This document shows positions 49,494-58,520 of a stretch of DNA of 64,000 nt, piece after piece. The DNA is from a bacterium (GTDB lineage Bacteria > Patescibacteriota > Minisyncoccia > 2-01-FULL-47-10 > JBBIMT01), in NCBI GenBank assembly GCA_037443185.1, contig JBBIOV010000001.1:10866-74865 (forward strand), read 5' to 3'. The notes beneath the pieces were generated by a model. The model was given only the letters and a program-made list of their open reading frames with translations. It was not told where the DNA came from and did no database searches. Both the position numbers and the translations under genes were made by a program. Positions within the stretch are counted from its first letter, which is position 1, and every line of letters starts with the position of its first letter.

Positions 49494-50915
49494 TTAAGTT
49501 GAGGAGGTAGTCATTGGTAAAAATACAGTAAATTTTGACCCTTGCCCCTTAATACTTTCTAAATATATTTTACCACCTAAAAGTTCGATAACTTTTTTTG
49601 TAATCCAAAGACCAAGGCCAGTTCCTGATATTTTTGATGTTTCTTCCGATTGGACACGGAAGAATTTAGAAAATAATTTTTCCTGATCCTGAGCCGAAAT
49701 GCCAATACCAGTATCTTTAACATAAATGGAAATAAAATTTTTTTCTTCTAACGTTAAACCAACTTCAATACCACCTTTTAAAGTATATTTAATCGCATTG
49801 CCAATGAGATTGATAAGAACTTGCTTTAAACGATCTCTATCCGATTCTATTTCTATTTTTTTATTTTCTTCTAAATGATTTACAAAATTTAATACGAGAC
49901 CTTTTTCTTTGACTTTTGGCGAAATTTCGTTGCATATTTCTGATACAAAATCAGGCAATAAAATTTTTTCCTTTTCGATCTTTATACGGCCCTGTTCTAT
50001 TCTGGAGACCTCAAGTAAATCTTCAACTAAATCATATAATCTTTGCACCTCAAGCATTACAATATCAATGCCATGCTTTAATTTTTCTGACAATTCACCA
50101 AAACTGCCTTCTTGAATCATTGAAAGATAACCTCTTATTGTCGTCAAAGGAGTTCTCAGTTCATGGGAAGTAATGGAAAGAAATTCATCTTTTAATCTAT
50201 CTATTTCTTTTAGTTTCATCAATAAAACAGCGTATTGAAAAAGACGAGCATGATTAGCGACTAGTAAAATAAGTATTAAACTAAAAACAGTAGAAAAAAG
50301 ATAAAGAATCCTGCCTAAATAACCAACGACTTGATCTGCTTCTAAACGGCTTAAAGCCACGCTAACAATACCGATTATTTCATTGTTTTCATTATGAATT
50401 GGTGTTGCGCTTAACCAATATTTTTCGCCGCTTCTTTTGTCTTTAAGCAATCGAGCAAATGTTTGATTGTGCTGCCACGCAAGAGAGTTAATAACCGATT
50501 GAATCTCAGAATTAGTATCCTTTGGATTTAAAGATGCAATGATTTTGAAATAATCAGTTTTAGTTTCTGAACGAACAAAAACCGCAATATCTCTAATAAG
50601 ATCAGAAGAGTTTTGTAACGCAATAATTTTTTCTTGTAGACTTAAATCTTCTTCTTTTTGAATACTTTGAGCATAAATACTTTGCGTGATGAATTTTTCA
50701 GTAGATCGCGCCAGCATTACACCTTGTTGCTGAAGATTGCGATCTAACTGTTTATTAAAAATATTCAAAATATAAGCTGTTGCAATAAAAAAAAGCGCCG
50801 GAATAGATACGATCAAAAGAAGAGAATAAATAATTTGGGGGTTTTGTTTAATAAAAATAATTCCCTCGTAAAGAGCAAACTTATTCTTTCGGTTGTCCGG
50901 CATGGGTTTTTGCAA
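49494..50915 (-). CDS. Sensor histidine kinase (two TM helices, ~150-aa extracytoplasmic sensor domain)
   Basis: H-box FLSITSHELRTPLTTIRGYL; ATP-lid GTGLGLWITKKVIELLGGKIYLES. Overlaps the upstream surface-protein gene by 35 nt. No response regulator nearby. Confidence 0.75.
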   Translation of the reverse strand: MQKPMPDNRKNKFALYEGIIFIKQNPQIIYSLLLIVSIPALFFIATAYILNIFNKQLDRNLQQQGVMLARSTEKFITQSIYAQSIQKEEDLSLQEKIIALQNSSDLIRDIAVFVRSETKTDYFKIIASLNPKDTNSEIQSVINSLAWQHNQTFARLLKDKRSGEKYWLSATPIHNENNEIIGIVSVALSRLEADQVVGYLGRILYLFSTVFSLILILLVANHARLFQYAVLLMKLKEIDRLKDEFLSITSHELRTPLTTIRGYLSMIQEGSFGELSEKLKHGIDIVMLEVQRLYDLVEDLLEVSRIEQGRIKIEKEKILLPDFVSEICNEISPKVKEKGLVLNFVNHLEENKKIEIESDRDRLKQVLINLIGNAIKYTLKGGIEVGLTLEEKNFISIYVKDTGIGISAQDQEKLFSKFFRVQSEETSKISGTGLGLWITKKVIELLGGKIYLESIKGQGSKFTVFLPMTTSST

Positions 50916-53175
50916 TAATCGTCAAGATAATTAAAACCAATAAAATACTGGTTAAAGTTATAAAGAAAATAAAGGGCCAAAGCGCTTTTTGGGGCGAGAT
51001 AGGAATTGCTGATTCAGGCTCAATAGAAATGCTATCTGATACTTCTTGTGGTGAGAAGGCGTTTTTTTCAGATTCTACAATGGAGACTGCTTGAGCAGTT
51101 TTAATGAATAATAAAGCTGGTGATTTCTCAATTATTTTGCCAGTATTGTTTGTGATTGCGATATAAACTTCATGTTTACCATCTTCAATATTTTTATCAA
51201 GCACATAAGACCAATCCCCGTTTTCATCTGTTTTAACAGTTACAATAATAGGCTCAGAATAAATAAAAATAGTCACAAAACTATTCGGGAGACCCTTGCC
51301 TTTTAGGAGAATCTTGGGAGGCTCTTGAGGCTTTTCCTTTTGAACAGGTGTAGTCACTATTTCTACTTTTTCTACTGCCAAAACTTCTGCATTAACTTGT
51401 CCACTTTCTTTAGGACTTTCAAATTTCATTTTTTCTTCAGGAATACTGGATGTTGGATTGAAGTTATGCTGGACTTCTACTGAATCAATATAGCCATCGT
51501 TATCTGAATCCACATTAAATGGATCAGTGCCAAATCTTAACTCGTCTTCATTAGACATACCATCATTATCAAAATCGATTATGGCTTTTTTAATATCCTC
51601 TATCTTGTTTTGAATAGGCGGGATTTCAGGAATAATATCTTTTACCTCTTCCGAACTGGAAGGTAATGTGCTTACTTCTGAAGGACTGATTATCGCTTGG
51701 GATTTTTCATTTTCTTGTGATTTTTCTTTTTCGGAAGTAGGAGGCACAGGTGTTTCTTTGATTTTTTGTGGTTTTTCTATTTCCTTCAGTTCTTTTTCTT
51801 TTAATTCTCTTTCATTTAATTCTTTTGCTTTCGATTCTATTTCTTTTAATTCTTTATCCCTCAATTTTTTCAATTCAGTTGCTTTTAGTGGTTCTTTGAA
51901 TACTTTAGATTCTCGTAAATTTTTAATATTTAGATTTTCTTGAAGAATTTTACTGCTTTCTTGTTCTTCTTTTTTATTAGTTTCTTTCAATTTTTGAGTT
52001 TTAATTTCCTCTAACACTTTATTGGGTTGCAAGCCGACTCGTTCTAATTCTTGTTTAATTACATTTGTAAGTTCATTTTTCTTTTGATCATCTATCAACG
52101 GCGGACTTTTTATTTTTTCCTGAATTTTTTCAATAATTTTCTCAGGTTCTTTTTTAATTTCATTTGCAATATTTAATTCATCACTTATTTTTTCAAAAGT
52201 AACACCCTTAACTTTTGTTTTCACGAAAAGTTTATATTTGCCATTTGGGAAATTATTAGTGTCAAATTGAACTACCCATTTGCCATTACTTGGTTGTAAT
52301 CGACCAACAAATAATAAATCTTCACTCTTTTCTCTCTGCAAAAAAAGTTCAGCTTCATCAACAGGTAATTCATATTCAAATTCAGCTCCTAAAAAACCTG
52401 ATATTTTTGATAAATTTTGAGTAAATTTAGTATTAAAAATGGGTTCTTTGATATTTATATTATTACTTGTTGAAGTACCTCCTGATACATCTAATATATT
52501 ATTCTTGATATCGTTCTTAATATTTAATTGATTTTCTATAGGATTCGATAACTGACTAGCAGAAGACATTTGATTTATTTCACCACTGTCTAATACTGAC
52601 TGCACATCTCTAATTGCACTTATTTTTTTATCGACAATCTTATCATCGCTACTTGAAAGATTTTGAAGGTTATTTTCTGTTTCAACCTCTTTGACTTGAG
52701 AAATTTTTTTGTTATTCTCTAATACAATCTCGTTGAATAACGCATTTTTACCTTCGTCAGTTAAAGGCTCCCCGCATTTTGAATTTTTTTTCAAAGCATT
52801 GCCCTTACAAGTTGCATTATCGCAATCACAGGAATATAAATTTACGCAAAGAACTTCATTTAAAGAAGAGGATTTTTCATTTTTACAATAATATTCTAAC
52901 AAATATTTTGAAAAAACGCACCGATCTTTAGCTTTAAATAAAGAGCGATTGAATGATATTTTTGCATCAATTTCTCCTTGAACATCAATGTTGTCTCCCC
53001 CATCACTATCACTACAGGTAAAAATAGGACTACTTTCTAATATATTTATATTGCTTTTTATATTTTCCTCAGTACTTAAAACGCTTGAAAGAGCATTGAT
53101 AAAATAAAAAGGGATTACTAAAAAAAAGATAGTAAAAAAAATGACGCCGAAAATCTTTTGAGAAACTTTTTTCAT
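50881..53175 (-). CDS. Large (764 aa) secreted, C-terminally membrane-anchored surface protein with a Cys-rich N-domain, KE-rich low-complexity repeats and TSP3-like Ca-binding repeats
   Basis: N-terminal signal; Cys-rich block CSDSDGG...CDCDNATCKGN; (KELKEIE)n region; DFDNDGMSNEDELRFGTDPFNVDSDNDGYIDSVEV; C-terminal hydrophobic anchor ALWPFIFFITLTSILLVLIILTIIA. Confidence 0.5.
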   Translation of the reverse strand: MKKVSQKIFGVIFFTIFFLVIPFYFINALSSVLSTEENIKSNINILESSPIFTCSDSDGGDNIDVQGEIDAKISFNRSLFKAKDRCVFSKYLLEYYCKNEKSSSLNEVLCVNLYSCDCDNATCKGNALKKNSKCGEPLTDEGKNALFNEIVLENNKKISQVKEVETENNLQNLSSSDDKIVDKKISAIRDVQSVLDSGEINQMSSASQLSNPIENQLNIKNDIKNNILDVSGGTSTSNNINIKEPIFNTKFTQNLSKISGFLGAEFEYELPVDEAELFLQREKSEDLLFVGRLQPSNGKWVVQFDTNNFPNGKYKLFVKTKVKGVTFEKISDELNIANEIKKEPEKIIEKIQEKIKSPPLIDDQKKNELTNVIKQELERVGLQPNKVLEEIKTQKLKETNKKEEQESSKILQENLNIKNLRESKVFKEPLKATELKKLRDKELKEIESKAKELNERELKEKELKEIEKPQKIKETPVPPTSEKEKSQENEKSQAIISPSEVSTLPSSSEEVKDIIPEIPPIQNKIEDIKKAIIDFDNDGMSNEDELRFGTDPFNVDSDNDGYIDSVEVQHNFNPTSSIPEEKMKFESPKESGQVNAEVLAVEKVEIVTTPVQKEKPQEPPKILLKGKGLPNSFVTIFIYSEPIIVTVKTDENGDWSYVLDKNIEDGKHEVYIAITNNTGKIIEKSPALLFIKTAQAVSIVESEKNAFSPQEVSDSISIEPESAIPISPQKALWPFIFFITLTSILLVLIILTIIAKTHAGQPKE

Positions 53176-53271
53176 AGTATTATATTTTTAATTTTACTTT
53201 AATATTATATTATTTTTTATAAAACAATCAAGTTTTTATTGGTAATTGATTTATTTAATTTTATTACAAAT

Positions 53272-53299
53272 TTGCAAATTCTCATATTTGAATTATAAT
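53272..53299 (+). promoter_or_regulatory. Candidate sigma70-like promoter for the HD-domain gene (-35 TTGCAA, 16-nt spacer, -10 TATAAT)
   Basis: TTGCAA 53272-53277 and TATAAT 53294-53299, about 52 nt upstream of the ATG at 53352. Confidence 0.3.
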
Positions 53300-53351
53300 T
53301 TTAAATTAATTTGCTTTAATAAAAATATCCATAAATCCTAATTATATTTTT

Positions 53352-53903
53352 ATGACCCGCAACGAAGCTTTAAATTTACTACATAAATACATCCAAAATC
53401 AAAATTTAATCAGACACTCATTGGCTGTTGAAGCGGTGATGAAAAAATTTGCAAAAAAATTTAACGGTGATGAATCTTTATGGGCGATAACTGGTCTTTT
53501 ACATGATTTAGATTGGGAAATTACTCAAAGCAATCCTGAACAACATACTTTAGTGGCTGAAAAAATATTAAATGAACTAAAGGTTAACCAAGAAATTGTT
53601 AAAGCCATTAAGATTCATAATTATGTGCATAAAATACCACCCCAAACTTTGCTTGAAAAAACGCTTTATTATGTTGAAGAACTTACTGGACTTATCACTG
53701 CTTGCGCCTTAGTTAATCCCCAAAAGTTAAATGGCGTCTCAAGGGAATCTGTTTTAAAAAAAATGAAGGAAAAATCTTTTGCCAAGGGAGTTAACCGCGA
53801 ACTAATTTTAAAAGCACCAGAAGAGTTAGGAGTTGATTTAAATGAAATAATAGATTTAACCTTATTAGCAATGAAAGAGATCAAAGACGAACTTGGACTT
53901 TAA
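53352..53903 (+). CDS. HD-domain metal-dependent phosphohydrolase
   Basis: HSLAVEAVMKKFA...ITGLLHDLD contains the H...HD signature. Confidence 0.55.
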   Translation: MTRNEALNLLHKYIQNQNLIRHSLAVEAVMKKFAKKFNGDESLWAITGLLHDLDWEITQSNPEQHTLVAEKILNELKVNQEIVKAIKIHNYVHKIPPQTLLEKTLYYVEELTGLITACALVNPQKLNGVSRESVLKKMKEKSFAKGVNRELILKAPEELGVDLNEIIDLTLLAMKEIKDELGL

Positions 53904-54379
53904 GGAGATTGTTCTAATCGTAAATATTCTAACATTTTTTTAAAATTTTCGCGCTCTTTGGGTTTGAAATTATCAATAACTTGCTGTTTAATGTAAATCG
54001 GTAATTTAAGAGCCAAGGCAATAGACAAAGCATCCGAAGGACGACAATCGCGAATAAACTCCTTACCAAATTTATCCTGAAAGAAAAGGGACGCATAAAA
54101 AACCCCATCCTTAATTTTTGTAATCTCAACGGCATTTACAATAACCTGTAAATCTTCAGTTAAAATTTTTAAAAAAAGATCAATAGTAAGCGGCCTTGGA
54201 GTTTTTACTTTATTTAAATAAACAAGAATTGATTGAGTTTCTAAAAAACCTATCCAGATTGGAATCACAATATTTGCATCATTATTAACCAAAAAAACAA
54301 TAGGGACTCCTGAATTAGGATCAATAAAAACCTCAGTAATTTTTACTTCTATTTTTTGTTGATTCTGACCATTGTTCAT
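53900..54379 (-). CDS. Bifunctional nuclease-family (DUF151, DNase/RNase) protein
   Basis: RPLTIDLFLKIL...VFYASLFF...IRDCRPSDALSIALALKLPIY matches the DUF151/BFN conserved blocks. Confidence 0.55.
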   Translation of the reverse strand: MNNGQNQQKIEVKITEVFIDPNSGVPIVFLVNNDANIVIPIWIGFLETQSILVYLNKVKTPRPLTIDLFLKILTEDLQVIVNAVEITKIKDGVFYASLFFQDKFGKEFIRDCRPSDALSIALALKLPIYIKQQVIDNFKPKERENFKKMLEYLRLEQSP

Positions 54380-54392
54380 ATTTTTTAGATAA

Positions 54393-55115
54393 TTAATTCA
54401 AAAAAGCTTTCAATATACCACAGGCTACAATAGCTGCTGTTTCTGCCCTTAAAATCCCATCATTGATATTTATTATATCCCATTTGTTGGTTTTGGCGAA
54501 GTCTTTTTCAAAATGACTCCATCCCTGTTCTGGGCCTATACAAATTAAAAGATTATCTTGATGAAGGCTTTTTAAAAAATCAACAAACGAAAAACTATTT
54601 GTTATATTAGGTTCCAAGAAAATTTTTCTAAATTGTGGATAATTTTGATTAATTTGAGTTAAGGTTATGATATTGAAATCAATTTTCGGGAGAAAACATC
54701 TTTGACTTTGTTCAATGGCTTCAATAATAATTTTTTGCCAACGCGGAAAATTTGGTTGATACTTTGCAGTTGATTTTTCGGCATTCAAAATTTGAAAACC
54801 GGCCACGCCAAGTTCTGAACATTTCTGAAAAATCAATTCCATTTTTTCTTTTTTCGTTAAAAGAGATTGAGCGATAATGATGCGTTTTTTAGACGTAGTA
54901 CATTCAATTTTTTGCAAAATATCTAAATAAATATAATTTTTATTAATATGTTTGATTGAGCATTCAAATTTTAATCCTTGTCCATCGATAAGAAAAATTC
55001 TTTCTCCACTTTTTAATCTTAAAACCCTGAAAACTTGATGAACTATTGCATAATCTTTTATAATTAAAGATTCTTCATATCTCAGTGACAAATCATTTAA
55101 ATAAAAATAGTGCAT
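54393..55115 (-). CDS. rsmE: 16S rRNA (uracil1498-N3)-methyltransferase RsmE family
   Basis: PUA-like N-domain, SPOUT C-domain with ICIGPEQGWSHFE (the RsmE GPEGG(F/W)S..E motif). Confidence 0.65.
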   Translation of the reverse strand: MHYFYLNDLSLRYEESLIIKDYAIVHQVFRVLRLKSGERIFLIDGQGLKFECSIKHINKNYIYLDILQKIECTTSKKRIIIAQSLLTKKEKMELIFQKCSELGVAGFQILNAEKSTAKYQPNFPRWQKIIIEAIEQSQRCFLPKIDFNIITLTQINQNYPQFRKIFLEPNITNSFSFVDFLKSLHQDNLLICIGPEQGWSHFEKDFAKTNKWDIININDGILRAETAAIVACGILKAFLN

Positions 55116-55118
55116 ACT

Positions 55119-55301
55119 TTACTCTTGAAGAGCTTTTACTTTTTGTTCATATATTTTTAAAAGGCCGCGCTGAATTTTATTTTCCTGCTCTAATTTTTTT
55201 ATTCTTGAAGAAAAATCAAACAAAATAAATAAGCCCATAATTACAATCAACGAAACAATCAGCAAAGTCTCCAAGGTCCTTTTATCTATTTTTTCAAACA
55301 T
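55119..55301 (-). CDS. Small bitopic membrane protein with a coiled coil (FtsB/DivIC-like?, tentative)
   Basis: 60 aa: TM helix LLIVSLIVIMGLFILF followed by KKLEQENKIQRGLLKIYEQKVKALQE. Confidence 0.25.
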   Translation of the reverse strand: MFEKIDKRTLETLLIVSLIVIMGLFILFDFSSRIKKLEQENKIQRGLLKIYEQKVKALQE

Positions 55302-55339
55302 AATCGAAAATTTTTTTACTTAAATTCTTTTAAAATAAG

Positions 55340-56350
55340 TCAATTTAAAAGATTAAGAGGCTTATTATTAAGGAAATATTTAATATTTTCAATAGTAGTA
55401 TTTAAAATCCTTTGGAGCGCTTCAGAAGTATTAAAAGCATTATGAGGAGTTATTAAAACATTTGGCATTTTCATTAAGATATGATTATATAAAATAGTTT
55501 TTAATTCGTCCCTTTTTAAAAATTCATTTGCCACATAATTAATTTCATTTTTTATTTCTGTTTCAGCTTCTAAAACATCAGTGGCATAACCAGCTAAAAT
55601 TTTTTCATTTAGACCAAGAACAACGGCAGCTGTTTCTACGATGCCCCCTCTGGCAGTATTGATTAAATAAGAACCTTTTTGAAAAAGTCGGATGTTATTT
55701 TTATTAATTAAATGGTGAGTTGAAAGAGTATAAGGACAATGTATAGAGACAATCTGGGAATTCTTCAAAAGATCTTCTAAGGTCGTATAATTTATATTAT
55801 AGGCAGACGCAAAAGCATTATCCGGAAAAGGGTCAAAAGCTAAAATATTCATTGAAAAACCTTTAGCAATTTTGATAACTTCCTTTCCAATTCTCCCTGT
55901 TCCAATCACCCCTAAGGTTTTATCTTTTAAATCTATGCCTCGTAAATCTTTTAAGGAAAATAATTCAAACTCTTTGATTTGGTCTATTGCTTGATATATT
56001 TTTCTGGTGAGATTTAAAATAAGACCAAAAGTAAATTCAGCCACTGTATTATCACCATATCCAGGAACATAAGCAACTTTTATTCCTCTTTCTTTGCAAG
56101 CGTTAAGTTCAATATGATCAAAACCGGTAGAACGAGTACAAATAAGTTTTAAATTTGGAAAATTAACTAAAGCTGGTTTATTAAGGCGCGAATTAACGAA
56201 AATGGAGATGATATCAAAATCTGTTTCTTTTGGGATATTTATTTCACTAATACTATCTTCTTGAAAAATAATTTCGTTATCTTCAGCAAGATCGGAATTT
56301 AATATTATTTCTTTTTCCCAGCCTTCTATTTCAAAAAAACCAATTTTCAT
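55340..56350 (-). CDS. D-isomer-specific 2-hydroxyacid dehydrogenase (NAD-binding)
   Basis: GVIGTGRIGKEVIKIAKGFSMNILAFD Rossmann fold and catalytic-region ARGGIVETAA. Confidence 0.75.
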   Translation of the reverse strand: MKIGFFEIEGWEKEIILNSDLAEDNEIIFQEDSISEINIPKETDFDIISIFVNSRLNKPALVNFPNLKLICTRSTGFDHIELNACKERGIKVAYVPGYGDNTVAEFTFGLILNLTRKIYQAIDQIKEFELFSLKDLRGIDLKDKTLGVIGTGRIGKEVIKIAKGFSMNILAFDPFPDNAFASAYNINYTTLEDLLKNSQIVSIHCPYTLSTHHLINKNNIRLFQKGSYLINTARGGIVETAAVVLGLNEKILAGYATDVLEAETEIKNEINYVANEFLKRDELKTILYNHILMKMPNVLITPHNAFNTSEALQRILNTTIENIKYFLNNKPLNLLN

Positions 56351-56495
56351 AATATTTTCTAAAACTTTAGATAGTTTTATTTTATGTTATAATTATAAAT
56401 AAAAGAAAATAAAAATCAAATGTCTTGTATTTTTAAAATCTTTTATGTAAAACATTAACTATTATTTTTTAAAAAAGCTTAAAAATAATTTTTTT

Positions 56496-57335
56496 ATGTA
56501 TTTAGCTATTGATGTAGGCGGAACTAACACTAGATTAGAATTATTTTCTAATCTGACACCTGATGCCAAAATTTCGCACAAACATTTTAACACCCCTAAA
56601 AATCCAAAGCAGTTATCTTTAATAATTAATAACTTCTTGAAAAAATTAAAGGTTAAAAATATAAAAGCAGCAATTTTAGGCTTACCAGGAGTTTTAGATA
56701 AAAATAAAGAAACTCTCATAAAATCTCCAAATTTGAATAAGGCGTGGATCAATGTATCTTTTAAAAAAATTTTCAGAAATATTGTCAAAGAGATTTATTG
56801 TCAAAATGATGCGGCGCTTGCTGCTTTAGGAGAAGCAATTTTAGGGGCAGGCAGAAATTATAGTATCGTAGCTTATATCACAATCAGTACTGGTATCGGA
56901 GGCGCCAGGGTAATTAATGGTAATTTAGATGAAAATTTTTCAGGATTTGAACCTGGTCATCACATTATCATTTTACAAGGTCGACTTTGTAGTTGTGGCC
57001 AAAAAGGCTGCTTTCAAGCGTATGCCTCCGGAAAAGGTTTTAGAAACATATTTCACAAAGAACCAAAAAAATGCTCGAACCAAGATTATTGGAATCAATA
57101 CGCAAAATTTTTAGGACAAGGTTTAATTAATGTCATTTTATTTTGGTCACCAGAAGTTTTAATTTTGGGGGGTAGTATGTTAAATAAACCTATTTATTTC
57201 TGGCAGCCTTTAAAGTATTTTTTAAAAAAAAATTTAAAGATAATTGCTTTACCAACTATTAAAATTTCTGAGCTAAAAGACGAAGCAGGAACTTTAGGCG
57301 GGATAATGTATTTAAAAAATTTGCTTCAAAAATAA
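56496..57335 (+). CDS. ROK-family sugar kinase (glucokinase-like)
   Basis: MYLAIDVGGTNTRLELF and the ROK Zn motif CSCGQKGCFQAYASG. Confidence 0.65.
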   Translation: MYLAIDVGGTNTRLELFSNLTPDAKISHKHFNTPKNPKQLSLIINNFLKKLKVKNIKAAILGLPGVLDKNKETLIKSPNLNKAWINVSFKKIFRNIVKEIYCQNDAALAALGEAILGAGRNYSIVAYITISTGIGGARVINGNLDENFSGFEPGHHIIILQGRLCSCGQKGCFQAYASGKGFRNIFHKEPKKCSNQDYWNQYAKFLGQGLINVILFWSPEVLILGGSMLNKPIYFWQPLKYFLKKNLKIIALPTIKISELKDEAGTLGGIMYLKNLLQK

Positions 57336-57376
57336 TTTTTTCGAATTTATAAAAAATTTATCAATTTTTTATAAAC

Positions 57377-57410
57377 AAAAAGCCCTTGATATAATCGTGG
57401 GCTTTTTGTT
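57377..57410. terminator. Bidirectional rho-independent terminator between the convergent ROK-kinase and zinc-ribbon genes
   Basis: AAAAAGCCC-(13 nt loop)-GGGCTTTTT; U-tracts on both strands. Confidence 0.5.
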
Positions 57411-57422
57411 AAATATACCCAA

Positions 57423-57629
57423 TTACATTTTCCCCCCTTTGCGAAAACCTCTACTAAAATTCTGGCGCCTTTGTTGATTACATTCTCGACAATAAACAGG
57501 ACGATTTGCATCTGGCTGAAAAGGAAGTTCCGTAATTGGAATCTGACACTGAGCGCACTTTAAATTCATCGATGTTACATCGAACATCTGTCTTTGAAAG
57601 CCGCTCTGTGATCTATCTTGGAAGGCCAT
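57423..57629 (-). CDS. Small (68 aa) CxxC...CxxC zinc-ribbon protein with a basic tail
   Basis: KCAQCQIPITELPFQPDANRPVYCRECNQQRRQNFSRGFRKGGKM. The same C-x2-C...PFQPD..RPV(Y/F)C-x2-C motif recurs in the C-terminus of the 60474..62372 protein. Confidence 0.45.
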   Translation of the reverse strand: MAFQDRSQSGFQRQMFDVTSMNLKCAQCQIPITELPFQPDANRPVYCRECNQQRRQNFSRGFRKGGKM

Positions 57630-57844
57630 ATATTTTCACCTCACTTTCTTTTTTCGGTTATTTAATATATGGCCTCCTGAAATTATAATTGAAATATTTC
57701 TATTAATTACTTTTTTAACTACTATATAACCGGCCTAATATTAAATTTACCCGAATTAACTAAACTTTATCATAAATTATAAAAAATACAAGAAGGCTTA
57801 TTTAATTACTAATTAAAATAAAAAAAACAATGTCATTTTTATTT

Positions 57845-57919
57845 TACCGCCAACCGGATTTGAACCGGTGTTTCATGGCTGAGAACCATGTGTCCTAAAC
57901 CAGACTAGACGATGGCGGC
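57845..57919 (-). tRNA. tRNA-Glu (anticodon CUC), 75 nt, CCA not encoded
   Basis: Reverse complement: acceptor GCCGCCA/TGGCGGT (G1:U72), D-arm UCGUCUAG..GGAC typical of tRNA-Glu, anticodon arm CATGG-TTCTCAG-CCATG, T-arm ACCGG-TTCAAAT-CCGGT. Confidence 0.75.
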
Positions 57920-57991
57920 TTTGATGAAAATATTTTAGTTGTTGATCGATTAAATTTTGAAAATTTTAGGGCAAGTATATTTTAAATCTAA

Positions 57992-58495
57992 TCACTGACC
58001 CAAAAATCCTTTAACTAGTTGCGCTACCTTAGCGCCTTCAGCTTTTCCCTTTACTTTTTCCATAACTATCTTCATAACCTTTCCAAAATCTTTTTGACCG
58101 GATATTCCTAATTCTTGAATAACATTTTTTATCGTTTCTTTTAACTGGTCATCTGTTAATTGCGGAGGTAAATATTGTTTTAAAATTTCTATTTCTTTTA
58201 ATTCTTTTTGTGCCAAATCGTCTCTGTTGCCTTTTTTAAATAATTGCAAAGCTTCGTTTCTTTTTTTTATTTCAGAAGCAATCACTGCTAAAATTTCCTC
58301 GTCATTTAAGCAACTCTTTTCTTGTAATTCTTTTTGAGTGGTATCGCTTTTTGTTTTCGCCAATTGATAAAACTTTTCTTTCTGTTTTTTTTCAATAGCA
58401 GCCTTCAGCATTTTCAAAACGCTTAAACTAATTTCATCTTTGTTTACGAAAGCTTTTTTAAAACCTAATAAAACTTTTTTATTTAAATTCATCAT
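57992..58495 (-). CDS. yqeY: GatB/YqeY-domain protein
   Basis: 167 aa; helical YqeY-like sequence (LKAAIEKK...QYLP) with C-terminal GatB-like helices. Confidence 0.6.
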   Translation of the reverse strand: MMNLNKKVLLGFKKAFVNKDEISLSVLKMLKAAIEKKQKEKFYQLAKTKSDTTQKELQEKSCLNDEEILAVIASEIKKRNEALQLFKKGNRDDLAQKELKEIEILKQYLPPQLTDDQLKETIKNVIQELGISGQKDFGKVMKIVMEKVKGKAEGAKVAQLVKGFLGQ

Positions 58496-58520
58496 ACTAG
58501 TAAATTAAATCTTAATAATA

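Noticed and set aside
51668-51943. 91-aa plus-strand ORF rich in FS/FN repeats
   Set aside because: It is the antisense reading of the (KELKEIE)n low-complexity region of the large surface protein: a compositional artefact.
56462-56788. 108-aa minus-strand ORF overlapping the start of the ROK kinase
   Set aside because: It lies antisense to a well-supported ROK kinase N-terminus and upstream region. It has no motifs and AT-driven codon usage.
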